From: a virus
Direction: 5' to 3' (one strand)
IMG/VR virus record: IMGVR_UViG_3300045988_070374
Length of the DNA stretch: 59,351 nt
The notes below the pieces were generated by a model that did not search any database, had not been told where the DNA came from, and was given only the letters and a program-made list of their open reading frames with translations. Shown here one piece after another: positions 43,501-52,506 of this stretch. Positions within the stretch are counted from its first letter, which is position 1. Each line of letters opens with the position of its first letter. A program made the translations under genes and the position numbers.

Positions 43501-44692
43501 GCGCATCGGTGGTTTGCTTCATGATGGCAATGTACCGCAGAACAGCCTTATCGGCCTGAGACAGGGTAGAAACGCTCTGCGAATAGCCAAGATTAAGCAG
43601 CTCCTGTTGCAACCGTGCGTTAGAAATATCGACACCCAGACGGCGAATCGGTTCAAGTTCGCCGGAAATAGCCGCCTGAATCTTCGTAAAGGATTCCGCA
43701 ACAGGGATATTTTTCAAAGAAGCGAGGTCGTAGCCAAGCTGCGTCAGGTTCTTGGACAGCACATACGCTTTGTCGCTAGCCAGACCAAACGAAGTGGTCA
43801 GGCTCTGAATCGTTGCCATGTTGTTCATGGCTTCGGTGGGGTCGATGCCAAGCAGGGTCTCCATCTTGTTGATGAACGTGTTTGCTTCGCCGGTCAGCCC
43901 CTTCATAGACACGCCAAACAGGTTTGCAGCTTCATAGTAGCTATTGAACTTCTCCGCTGCGTTGCCAAGATAGGTGGCAATGGCTTTCAGCGAGACCAGC
44001 TTTGCCGCAGACCGAATGAAACCATTCAGCTGGTTGGAAAGGCTCAAATAGCTTTTTGCAGATTTACTGCTTGATTTTGTAGCACCGTCCGTTGCCGCAA
44101 TGACCTTTTGGATGTTGGTAGGTAACTTCGCAAACGAATTTCCTACTGTTTCGATTTTGGAAGCAAGCGGGTCAAGGGCATCTGTGATTTTCTTGCAAGA
44201 AGTGGCAAAATCATCCAGTGTCTTTGAATTCAGTTTGCTACTAAAATCTGGAATTTTTGCAATGGAATTAAGGGCGCTGCTTACACTTCTAAGGCCAGAC
44301 GCATCAACTTTGGAAAGCGGGGATAAGCCGTTTTGTAGGCTATTCATTTTGCCTTTCAGTCCAGAAAAGTCAATGCCTTTCAAATCGACTGAAGAAATTC
44401 TAGTTAATGCACTGGCAACAGAACGGATGCCTTTTGCGCTTTCAGACAGGTTCACGTTGGAAATCCTGTCCATAAAATCATTGATTCTACTAAGTCCGTC
44501 CATACCAGACGAAGCGGACTTCAACGCAGAGATAGACTTTGTTAAAGTGTCAAGGCTAGAACATACCTTGCCAATGCTACCTTTTGTGCGCAGTTTGGAA
44601 ATAGCAGTGGTAAGTTTGTCAATGCTAAGCTCTGCGCCCTGAGATTCCGCAGAAATTTCTACGGATAAGCTTGTAATATCAACATCAGCCAT
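40565..44692 (-). CDS. Tape measure protein
   Basis: ~1375 aa, central transmembrane-rich segment, coiled ends, ...[43 protein letters not shown]. Confidence 0.93.
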   Translation of the reverse strand: [1375 protein letters not shown]

Positions 44693-45442
44693 TGCTACCA
44701 CCGTCCTTCTGATTCATCATAGAGAACATCGCCCTCTTGATGCGTTCCTGCGCTTCCAGTGCGCGTTGGTATTCGTATTCGTCCTGCTCTTTCTGGGTAA
44801 GAGGAATCGGTCTATCCATGTACTTGATGGGACTAGACCCTTTCTTGCGGAACATATTGCCAACCGTAGAGGAAAGCGCAGATGCCGTATAGAAACCATT
44901 TCTCCACGCTTCAACATTGGCTCTGCGGGCGCGTAGTTCTTCCGCGTCCCGGTAAACCTTTGCCAGCCAGACGTCATCACGCCAAAACTGGTCATAGGTC
45001 ATGCCAATGGAAATGTAATAGGCTTCTACATCATGGAACAGCTTAGATACAGAGAATGGCTCTGTATTGCTGTCCGGTTCTTGAGACTGTGAGGTTACAC
45101 AATCTCCCACGTTGCGTTTTTTGCGGTCTTGTCCTCTTCATCGGTGGCAATCAGAGCCTTGATAGAATTCGCGTACATCTCCATCAGGGCAGCAATCAGA
45201 CCTTCCTTGTCCTCGATGTGGTCAAGCATATCGTCAACCGCATTGCGCTTGATGCCCTTGTTGCGAGCAATGAATGCGCCGTAGAACAGAGCCTTAGTGT
45301 TCTTAACAGGGTTGATGCCGTTAGAGAACTCGTAGATCTGGAAGCCGTTGCGTTCAGTGGCTTCGGCGCTCTCGCGGGTGAAGGTCAGTTCATAAGTGTT
45401 CTTGCCATCGGGGGAATGAAAGTTGATAACCTTAGCAGCCAT
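44685..45442 (-). CDS. Tail assembly chaperone fusion product by -1 frameshift (gpGT-like)
   Basis: slippery A_AAA_AAC at 45116-45122; -1 frame continues open to 44685 (...VGDCVTSQSQEPDSNTEP...). Confidence 0.8.
45095..45442 (-). CDS. Tail assembly chaperone (gpG-like)
   Basis: MAAKVINFHSPDGKNTYELTFTRESAEATERNGFQ; between tail tube and tape measure. Confidence 0.8.
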   Translation of the reverse strand: MAAKVINFHSPDGKNTYELTFTRESAEATERNGFQIYEFSNGINPVKNTKALFYGAFIARNKGIKRNAVDDMLDHIEDKEGLIAALMEMYANSIKALIATDEEDKTAKNATWEIV

Positions 45443-45526
45443 AATAAATGCTCTCCTTTATAAATAGGGGCAGAACCAAATCCGTTGTTCAGTTCTGCCC
45501 GGTTTGATTGATTCGATTTTTGCAGT

Positions 45527-45964
45527 TTAGCCGCCATTAACGGTCAGGCTCTCGCTGAACTTCGGGGTGGAGTGGAAGATGCAATTGATGGTCATTTCCA
45601 CGACCTCATCCACACCAAAGCCAGACAGACCGACCTGGTGCATACCCTGCCAAGTAAAGCCGGAGCCGTCCTGCATCTTCAGGGCGTAGTACTTGTCCAC
45701 GTTGCTCTCAGAGGTATCGTCATAACCAGCAGCCTTGACAGCAGCGTAGTCGGTCTTGTTGTAGTTGGCGGTAAAGGCTTTGGTGTCAGCCTGAACGATG
45801 CCAAAAATCTGCTTCTGCATACCATCAGACAGGGTAGTTGCATCCAGAAGGTTCGGGTCGGAGATCAGGTCGGGCACATCCTTGATGTCGCACAGCTTCG
45901 TCAAAGTGGTTGCGCTTTCGCCACAGTAAAGGGTAGTGTTCAGACCGGAGATAGCAGTACTCAT
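45527..45964 (-). CDS. Major tail tube protein
   Basis: SGLNTTLYCGESATTLTKLCDIKDVPDLISDPNLLDATTLSDGMQKQIFGI. Confidence 0.85.
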   Translation of the reverse strand: MSTAISGLNTTLYCGESATTLTKLCDIKDVPDLISDPNLLDATTLSDGMQKQIFGIVQADTKAFTANYNKTDYAAVKAAGYDDTSESNVDKYYALKMQDGSGFTWQGMHQVGLSGFGVDEVVEMTINCIFHSTPKFSESLTVNGG

Positions 45965-45979
45965 AGAATGTTTACCTCC

Positions 45980-46381
45980 TTAGTTTCGGTAAATCATTCC
46001 GTCCTCTCCGATTGTTGCCCCATAGCTGCAATCAATCCGATAGACGGAATTGTTGTACAGCCCATTCAACGGGGCAAACGATTTGCGATAAAATTTAAGC
46101 GGTTCAAGAACAGAATCCACGATTCCAACGATGGAACGTGCTTCTGCAATGCGTCCGGTGTTCTTATTGGAGTAGACCCGCACGCGCAGGGAAACAGCAG
46201 CGTACTTGCTGTGACCAGCAGAATCAATATGTACAGGCAAATTGTTGTTTTCCTCTATCTGCACACACGGAAACCTCTTAACAGGTCGGTCATCAATTTC
46301 GCTAGTGACTAAGATACCGGGCACTTGCTTTCGCAGTTCCTTGGCAACAGCCGTGTAGATAGAGTTGAAATAATCAATCAA
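45980..46381 (-). CDS. Tail completion-like protein
   Basis: synteny between gp10-like and tail tube. Confidence 0.65.
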   Translation of the reverse strand: MIDYFNSIYTAVAKELRKQVPGILVTSEIDDRPVKRFPCVQIEENNNLPVHIDSAGHSKYAAVSLRVRVYSNKNTGRIAEARSIVGIVDSVLEPLKFYRKSFAPLNGLYNNSVYRIDCSYGATIGEDGMIYRN

Positions 46382-46920
46382 CTATTCCAAACCTCCCTCC
46401 ACGTTGCTTCGACCTGAGAAGCCATTTCCTCAACAGCTCCCCACATAGCCATAGCTGCATCATTACCACTGGTGTAGTTCAGCTGACCCTTGCCGTCTAC
46501 TTCCTTGACAGGCGTACCGGCATTGCCAGATTCACCGTAGTAGTACCAGCGCTTGTGCTTGCCGTTTTCTTTGCCGTATGTGCCATGTTCACCAATGTTA
46601 TCAGGCAAAGGGAGCGGGCCGACTGTTCCGGCAGCGCCCCAGCCCTGATGTATAACACCTGTGCCGAACTCAATGTGAGCAACCGCCTGCCCCTCCGCTA
46701 GGATGGTGCAAGAAGTGCCATTTTGGCTAACTTCGCACTTAACATCGTTTTTGCCAGCATATTGGGCATTGGCAAAACGGATTGTTGCAACAGCAAGACC
46801 TTTATCGGCAAGCGCTCTTGCAAACAATTGTGCTTTTTGGTTCAGGGTGGTCTTGTATTTGCGAATATCTTCCTTAGCCTGTTTAAGTCCGGCATCGCTC
46901 AACCTCACTTTAATTTTCAC
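46378..46920 (-). CDS. HK97 gp10-like tail/neck protein
   Basis: KIKVRLSDAGLKQAKEDIRKYK... HIEFGTGV motif. Confidence 0.8.
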   Translation of the reverse strand: MKIKVRLSDAGLKQAKEDIRKYKTTLNQKAQLFARALADKGLAVATIRFANAQYAGKNDVKCEVSQNGTSCTILAEGQAVAHIEFGTGVIHQGWGAAGTVGPLPLPDNIGEHGTYGKENGKHKRWYYYGESGNAGTPVKEVDGKGQLNYTSGNDAAMAMWGAVEEMASQVEATWREVWNS

Positions 46921-47287
46921 TTGCAGCCACCTCTTTCAGCGCATACTTCGTGTCGGTAATATGCTCTGCGACCTTGGCCACGATGTAATTGAAGGGCTTG
47001 GAAACGTCTGTCTGAAACCAGACGTGTGTGCCTTCATAAAGCGGTGTGTTGTGCTTCCTGCTAGACGAGCTGACAATGTAGCTGTAATCCGTGAACGCGC
47101 CGAAAGGGTTTGCTTCCGCAGAACCAGTAGGGGGGCTGACGTTCAGCATCAGCTTTGCGGGGTCGCTCCACGATTCGTATGCGGATTCGCCAGTCTCGTT
47201 TCCCCACTCGTCCACGACAGGCGTTTTCTTGCCAACTGGGTTTGAATACCACAGCGGGCGTTTATCCAGCGGGCTTCCATTGAACAT
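46910..47287 (-). CDS. Head closure / neck-like protein
   Basis: synteny; DKRPLWYSNPVGKKTPVVDEWGNETGESAYESW. Confidence 0.65.
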   Translation of the reverse strand: MFNGSPLDKRPLWYSNPVGKKTPVVDEWGNETGESAYESWSDPAKLMLNVSPPTGSAEANPFGAFTDYSYIVSSSSRKHNTPLYEGTHVWFQTDVSKPFNYIVAKVAEHITDTKYALKEVAASEN

Positions 47288-47631
47288 CAGCCGATAACAC
47301 CTACTCTCGGAACCACTTCATTTAGCAGGGACTGCGCCACATCGGAGCTTTCCCACACACGAGTGATACCATTGTTGGTATAGCTCGTCTGTCCGTTTGC
47401 GCCGATGTGGTTGTACAGTTCCGCTGCAATGCGTATCTGCAACGACTGATACTGCGAGGGCAGCTCTTCCGGTCTGTTGCCGAAAGGGTAGCCCTGTGCA
47501 AATATCTTGTCTTTGGCGAAATCAAGCAGCAGGTCGAAGAGTGGGTAGTCTTCGTCCGTGATTTCACGGTCAAGTGCAGGGGCGATGTATTGCCCCAGCT
47601 TGACTGCCGCTTCGGAATACTGGTCTCCCAT
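47287..47631 (-). CDS. Head-tail connector (gp6-like)
   Basis: synteny; DRNEITDEDY-like FDLLLDFAKDKIF. Confidence 0.65.
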   Translation of the reverse strand: MGDQYSEAAVKLGQYIAPALDREITDEDYPLFDLLLDFAKDKIFAQGYPFGNRPEELPSQYQSLQIRIAAELYNHIGANGQTSYTNNGITRVWESSDVAQSLLNEVVPRVGVIG

Positions 47632-47651
47632 GCTGCTTTCCTCCTTTCGCC

Positions 47652-48728
47652 TTAGTAAGCCTTGATGCAGTACACAGCGTCCATGCGCTCAAAGGACGGC
47701 AGGACGATTTCAGAGACGTAGATGTTGGTGTTGACAGGATGCACGGTCTGCTCGGTGGTAACAGCAACGCCAGTGTTCACAACGGAAACCTGTGCGTTAG
47801 AGATGCCAGCCATCAGGTCGGCTTCCTCAGGGGTGGCAACATAGTACATATTGCCCAGAGAGCCAGAAGGAGCCAGAACGACATAACCATCAGGCAGATA
47901 CTTTTCGGCAGCAGCGGTTTCCTCCGGCTTGTACATCTTGTCGTACAGGTGAATGCGGATGCCAGATGCGCTTTCGACAACAGAACGTGCTTCGGAATCA
48001 ACCAGCACAGCGGTGGCGGTCTTCATAACCGTCAGGAACCGGTTCTTGATTTCATCCGCAGCAATCATCTTGTGGAAAGTGTTGGTGTTCATGTAGGCAT
48101 CGGTGATAATCTCACCAGTGTTTGCCAGCACGGTGTTTGCGGCAGTGGTCATCGTGGCGATGGGGGTTGCGGTGGTAGGAGCATCCCACTTCTCCTTGGT
48201 AGCCAGAGCCTTGTAATTGGACTGCTGCCAAGTGCCGTCAGGGTCGTAATCGTAGACGTAACTCACACCGTTGGATTCGATGGAGATGCCGGGCTTGCCA
48301 GTCTTAGGAGCCAGAAGCTGCCACACCATTCGCTCAGGCACAATGCGAGCCCCGGTAATAAGCTGTGCGGTATCATCGTAGACACGATTGATAACGTCTG
48401 CCGCAAACTCCTGATTGGTAGCCAGAACAGAGATAATCTTGCGGCGGTCTTCCTCGTCAATGTGAGTGCCCTCACGGAAGAACGGCATACTGGTCTCGGT
48501 CATCTTGATGCCCTGACGAGTACGGAACGTAGCCTTAGTGTCGAACACGCTAGGCTTCAGCGAAACGCCAACGCCCTTGTGACCACGCAGCCACTTCAGT
48601 TCCATGCTGACCTTCTTACGGGCAGGGAACAGAGCATCAGAAGCATAGGGCTGCGCATTGGTCGGGTCATTCGTCCAGTAGGCGGCAATCGCAGCAGGGG
48701 AGAAGATTTCATTCAGATTCAGTGCCAT
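47652..48728 (-). CDS. Major capsid protein
   Basis: MALNLNEIFSPAAIAAYWTNDPTNAQPYASDALFPARKKVSMELKWLRGHKGVGVSLKPSVFDTKATFRTR. Confidence 0.9.
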   Translation of the reverse strand: MALNLNEIFSPAAIAAYWTNDPTNAQPYASDALFPARKKVSMELKWLRGHKGVGVSLKPSVFDTKATFRTRQGIKMTETSMPFFREGTHIDEEDRRKIISVLATNQEFAADVINRVYDDTAQLITGARIVPERMVWQLLAPKTGKPGISIESNGVSYVYDYDPDGTWQQSNYKALATKEKWDAPTTATPIATMTTAANTVLANTGEIITDAYMNTNTFHKMIAADEIKNRFLTVMKTATAVLVDSEARSVVESASGIRIHLYDKMYKPEETAAAEKYLPDGYVVLAPSGSLGNMYYVATPEEADLMAGISNAQVSVVNTGVAVTTEQTVHPVNTNIYVSEIVLPSFERMDAVYCIKAY

Positions 48729-48741
48729 AATTTAGTCCTCC

Positions 48742-49116
48742 TTACTCGCTCTTTGCGCCAACATCGGTACGGCAGAAAACGGCGGGAACAGCCTTTTTCA
48801 GAGCGGCAATATCGTTTGCAGAATAGGTAAAGCCAGACAGCTTTGCCTTGTCCACATCAATAACGCCCTGAATCAGCAGTGCGCCATTGGGGTTGACGGC
48901 AGGGTCAACAGTGTGCAGCAGAATGCCAATGGCATCGGTAGCCGCATCGGTAGCGCTGGTGCCAGTAGTGGCAGCAGCTTTCAGACCAGTCTTTGCCATA
49001 GGATAACCAGCTGGAACAGCATTGGTTTCCTTGACGGTAAAGGGAATGGCAACGTAGGTATCAGCAGCCAGAATAGTGCTTTCAGGAGCCGATACCGGAG
49101 TATTGGTGTACTTCAT
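48742..49116 (-). CDS. Head decoration-like protein
   Basis: position between scaffold and capsid; small 124 aa. Confidence 0.55.
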   Translation of the reverse strand: MKYTNTPVSAPESTILAADTYVAIPFTVKETNAVPAGYPMAKTGLKAAATTGTSATDAATDAIGILLHTVDPAVNPNGALLIQGVIDVDKAKLSGFTYSANDIAALKKAVPAVFCRTDVGAKSE

Positions 49117-49126
49117 GTTTTCCTCC

Positions 49127-49711
49127 TTAATGGAAAGCAGTCATTGCGTCACTCGATGCCTTGTTTGCGTCTGCGCGTTCCTTCGCAAAGCGTTTGGCAA
49201 AAGAAACACCTGCGCTATCTGCGCCGTCACCATTGCCATCCGCACCCGGAGGTGTGGGCATATCCTTCAGCAGAGAAGCCTTGTATGCGGTGTCGTGGGC
49301 AGTCATAAACTCCGACTGGAACTTAAACACCTTGTCCATGTCACCGTCAGCCAGTGCAGATGCAGCCTTGTTGGCAAGTTCAGCGTCATAACCATGTGCA
49401 ACGAACTTCTCACGGTAAGATGAAAGGGTCTTTTCCTTGACAAGGTTCTCCTTGTCGGCGGTCAGGGCTTCAATCTGCTTCTGCATCTCTGCCAGCTTGT
49501 CAGCCTGTTCCTGTGCGGCGTTCTCGTCATCGGTACGCTTTGCCTTGAGCTGCTTCTTGTACTCAGCAGCTTCGCCATTGGCTTTCGTCACGGCGTTGCG
49601 CAGTTTCTCGACCTCTGCACTAGGATCTGCGACCTTTTCAAGCGCAGAAATGATTTCATCGGCGGTCATGCCCTCTTTGTAGGCATCACCAAGCAACACA
49701 TTAAGTTTCAT
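49127..49711 (-). CDS. Scaffold protein (phage GP20-like)
   Basis: central coiled coil EVEKLRNAVTKANGEAAEYKKQLKAKRTDDENAAQEQADKLAEMQKQIEALTADKENL. Confidence 0.8.
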   Translation of the reverse strand: MKLNVLLGDAYKEGMTADEIISALEKVADPSAEVEKLRNAVTKANGEAAEYKKQLKAKRTDDENAAQEQADKLAEMQKQIEALTADKENLVKEKTLSSYREKFVAHGYDAELANKAASALADGDMDKVFKFQSEFMTAHDTAYKASLLKDMPTPPGADGNGDGADSAGVSFAKRFAKERADANKASSDAMTAFH

Positions 49712-49822
49712 ATCGTTAATTTCCTCCTGCGTTTTTTTACCGTTGCTTCCCTGCAACGCTGCGAAATTTGTATCCCGGCTTCCCTGCCGGAATATATCAG
49801 CCCGAAAATTCGGGGTGATTCT

Positions 49823-50050
49823 TTACTCCTTTGGGTAAATTCTTTTGTACGGCTCAATGCCACTATCCAAAATAGATTTTTCTCGCGCCGAATTTCGGTC
49901 AGGGTGTGTCCATTTGAATTTCCCGCATTTCGTGCAGATATACTCGCACTCCATTTCTCGTGGTTCGTTTCCGTTGATGCCGTGCGTCCAATGCCAACGA
50001 GAAAGCGTATAATCATGTTTGCAAAACAACTGTTTCCAAAAATCACGCAT
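49823..50050 (-). CDS. Small CxxC protein
   Basis: MRDFWKQLFCKHDYTLSRW...CEYICTKCGKFKWT. Confidence 0.55.
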   Translation of the reverse strand: MRDFWKQLFCKHDYTLSRWHWTHGINGNEPREMECEYICTKCGKFKWTHPDRNSAREKSILDSGIEPYKRIYPKE

Positions 50051-51557
50051 TATCTTTTTCTCCATCCGCATTGTTTGGCTGTTTATCAGTCATATTCTCG
50101 ACATTTATGCCGGTAACATTCTGTTCAGGCTGTTCCTGCGGCTTCGGTGCTTTCCCGTCCTCGCCCAGCTTACCAGCGGCAATCAGGAAAGGTTTGCTCA
50201 TTTCGTAAGCAGCCTGCGGGTCGGGGAACAGACCGGGCGTAGTGAACGCCAACTGCGGGTCAATGCTCTGACTGAGCATCTGTGCAAAAATCTGAACCTT
50301 GCTCTGCTGGTTGTCGTACTGACGGCGGGGAAGTTTGATGTTGATGTCACTTGCCATCAGCTTAGAACCAGCCGTGTCACGCAGGATTTTCAGCATCACA
50401 GACAGGCTCTGCCGTTCAGCGTACTTGAACATATTCTCGTACTGCTGTGCCCTTGCTTCGGTGTGATTCCATCCGTTACGGACGATAACTGCGCCCACGT
50501 TGTCGGACGTTGCGTTCTCGCTGCCAGTGGCACTAGGCATGGCGGTCAGACTGCGGTACACGTTCAGCATGGAATCAAGCAGGGTCTGGCTCTGCTGCTG
50601 GTCAAGTTCGTTTGCAATCTGCGATACAGAAGCGGGCAGACCAGAAGTGGATTTCAGGCACATTGCGCCAAGTTCCTTCACTTGGTCAAGCGCATCCTTG
50701 TCCACAAGGCAGTTGGTAAACACCATGATGGACTGGATGAACTGCGCCACGCCGTCCAAACGGTTGCTTTCAAGGTCGTTGATGGCATCCAGCACAGGGA
50801 TTGCAGGTTCAAACAGACCCATACGCTCCGGGTTCAGCTTGTATTCGACCATCGGCAACATTCCAAGAGAGTGATTCTCGGACTTTGTAACCTTGCCGTT
50901 GTCGATTTCAAAGTACTGGTTTGGCGTATACACGCAAATCAGGTCGTTCAGGTCATTCTGATAATTGCGCGGGATGTGCAGCACGTTGGCAATGGGCTTG
51001 TGACCAATGCCGGAGTTGTAAATCACATACGCCATATCCGGGTCGGGAACGTCAACCAGCAGGGGTGTTTCGTCCGGGTAGTTGCCGTTGTACCCCTTGT
51101 CAGGAAGAACAATGCGGTATCCCTGTCCGCATTCCAACATCCACTGCCAGAGCCGCCGATCAAGTGCATCCTTGCCCTCATACTGCAAGGCATTGGACAG
51201 GCGGGCGATTTCCTCACCGTCACCTATTGCCGTTTCAGACCGCACATAAGAGCAAGGAGTGCCGCTCATGTAGCCTGTGTAGAAGCCCACGCACTCGTTG
51301 GCGTGGTTCTCCACAATGCGGTTGGTGATTTCAGCGTGGTACTCCTTCGTGCGGTGGAGGACAGGCTGGCTACCCAAGTAGTAGTTGTGTAGAAAGCGAA
51401 TCTCGTTCTTGTTCAGCAGATGAATAGGCTCTGCCTTGCCCATGACCACTTTCAGCACGTTTGCTTGATTGATTTCCGTCTCCGGCGTTTCAATCGGTCT
51501 GCGTCCGGTCAGTGGATTATTCAAAAAGCCGTCAACAACTATCTGATACTCAGCCAT
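50043..51557 (-). CDS. Portal protein (SPP1 gp6-like)
   Basis: YNSGIGHKPIANVLHIPR...SLGMLPMVEYKLNPERMGLFEPAIPVLDAINDLESNRLDGVAQF. Confidence 0.9.
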   Translation of the reverse strand: MAEYQIVVDGFLNNPLTGRRPIETPETEINQANVLKVVMGKAEPIHLLNKNEIRFLHNYYLGSQPVLHRTKEYHAEITNRIVENHANECVGFYTGYMSGTPCSYVRSETAIGDGEEIARLSNALQYEGKDALDRRLWQWMLECGQGYRIVLPDKGYNGNYPDETPLLVDVPDPDMAYVIYNSGIGHKPIANVLHIPRNYQNDLNDLICVYTPNQYFEIDNGKVTKSENHSLGMLPMVEYKLNPERMGLFEPAIPVLDAINDLESNRLDGVAQFIQSIMVFTNCLVDKDALDQVKELGAMCLKSTSGLPASVSQIANELDQQQSQTLLDSMLNVYRSLTAMPSATGSENATSDNVGAVIVRNGWNHTEARAQQYENMFKYAERQSLSVMLKILRDTAGSKLMASDINIKLPRRQYDNQQSKVQIFAQMLSQSIDPQLAFTTPGLFPDPQAAYEMSKPFLIAAGKLGEDGKAPKPQEQPEQNVTGINVENMTDKQPNNADGEKDNA

Positions 51558-51649
51558 GTGTTCCTCCTTTCCGGCAAAATAAAAAGCGCAGCAAGACAAA
51601 CCTGTTAAGGCCTATCTCACTGCGCTTACAACTGCGCTTCAAAAGCTAT

Positions 51650-51838
51650 TCAGTTTTTAAACTTTGGTACGGAGACCCATGTATCTTTTGGAAGGTTGGA
51701 ATCTCCAATTGTAATCCAATGGCAAAGAGGGCACAGAAGGGAGAACTTGCCTTCCACTTCGCCAAGATAACGTCCGCAATCACACGGATTGCCGTTTGCG
51801 TCTTTTCGAGGACGCTTGCATCTGACTTTTGCTACCAT
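51650..51838 (-). CDS. Com-like zinc-finger protein
   Basis: VRCKRPRKDANGNPCDCGRYLGEVEGKFSLLCPLCHW. Confidence 0.55.
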   Translation of the reverse strand: MVAKVRCKRPRKDANGNPCDCGRYLGEVEGKFSLLCPLCHWITIGDSNLPKDTWVSVPKFKN

Positions 51839-52006
51839 CTGTGCTCCTTTCGTTGGATTTCTGGAAACAGGCTGTTGAGCACAGACCTGTCAGAAGCTGC
51901 CGGGAAACTGTTCGCACTTCCAGCCGTGCTATTCTTCGCCCGAAGAAAACCATTGCAGCCTTTACATTCAGTTGTTGGACAGACATAAACGGGTAAGCTG
52001 CAATTT

Positions 52007-52084
52007 TGGTGCTGCATAATGGATTTGAACCAATGTATGTCCGGTTATGAGCCGGGTGCTCTAGCCTGACTGAGCTAATGCAAC
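52007..52084 (-). tRNA. tRNA with CAT anticodon (Met or modified-Ile), encoded CCA
   Basis: GTTGCAT...ATGCAGC acceptor pairing (one G-T), GCTC/GAGC D-stem, CTCATAA anticodon loop, TTCAAAT T-loop, ATGCAGC-A-CCA. Confidence 0.8.
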
Positions 52085-52209
52085 ATAGAAACCCGGCTTG
52101 ATTGGTTAACCGCTGCTCTTTGCAATATCATGCCTAAAAATTACATTGAGAGCCGGGAATAGCGGTGGAGGTTTTGGAGAATAAAGCCATGCAAAGCTAG
52201 GTAGTTGGT

Positions 52210-52289
52210 TGTGCTGCGTAACGGAATCGAACTGTTGCTTGCCAGCCGTGGGGGAGACAGACTGGCATTCCCCTTACAATTGAAAACGC
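52210..52289 (-). ncRNA. Degenerate tRNA-like element
   Basis: GTTGCGT/ACGCAGC acceptor and TTCGATT T-loop present, central region not foldable as a normal D/anticodon arm by eye. Confidence 0.4.
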
Positions 52290-52506
52290 AACATATAAAG
52301 CCCGGTGAAGGCGAAAGAGTGAGAAAACCTCCACCGGTGAAAGGAGGAATATGCTTGTTGACGCGCACGCGAGTAAAATGACAAAACCCCGCGTGCAAGC
52401 TATTCCTTTAAGGGAAGCTGCAAAACTTCCTGCGTACATTATAAGCCTTGTCAAGTGGTGAAATCAAATAAATAGACCCAGCGAACACAATATATTGTGT
52501 TTTTAA

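Noticed and set aside
47739-48830. 363-aa plus-strand ORF
   Set aside because: Antisense to the major capsid gene.
50019-51392. 457-aa plus-strand ORF
   Set aside because: Antisense shadow of the portal gene.
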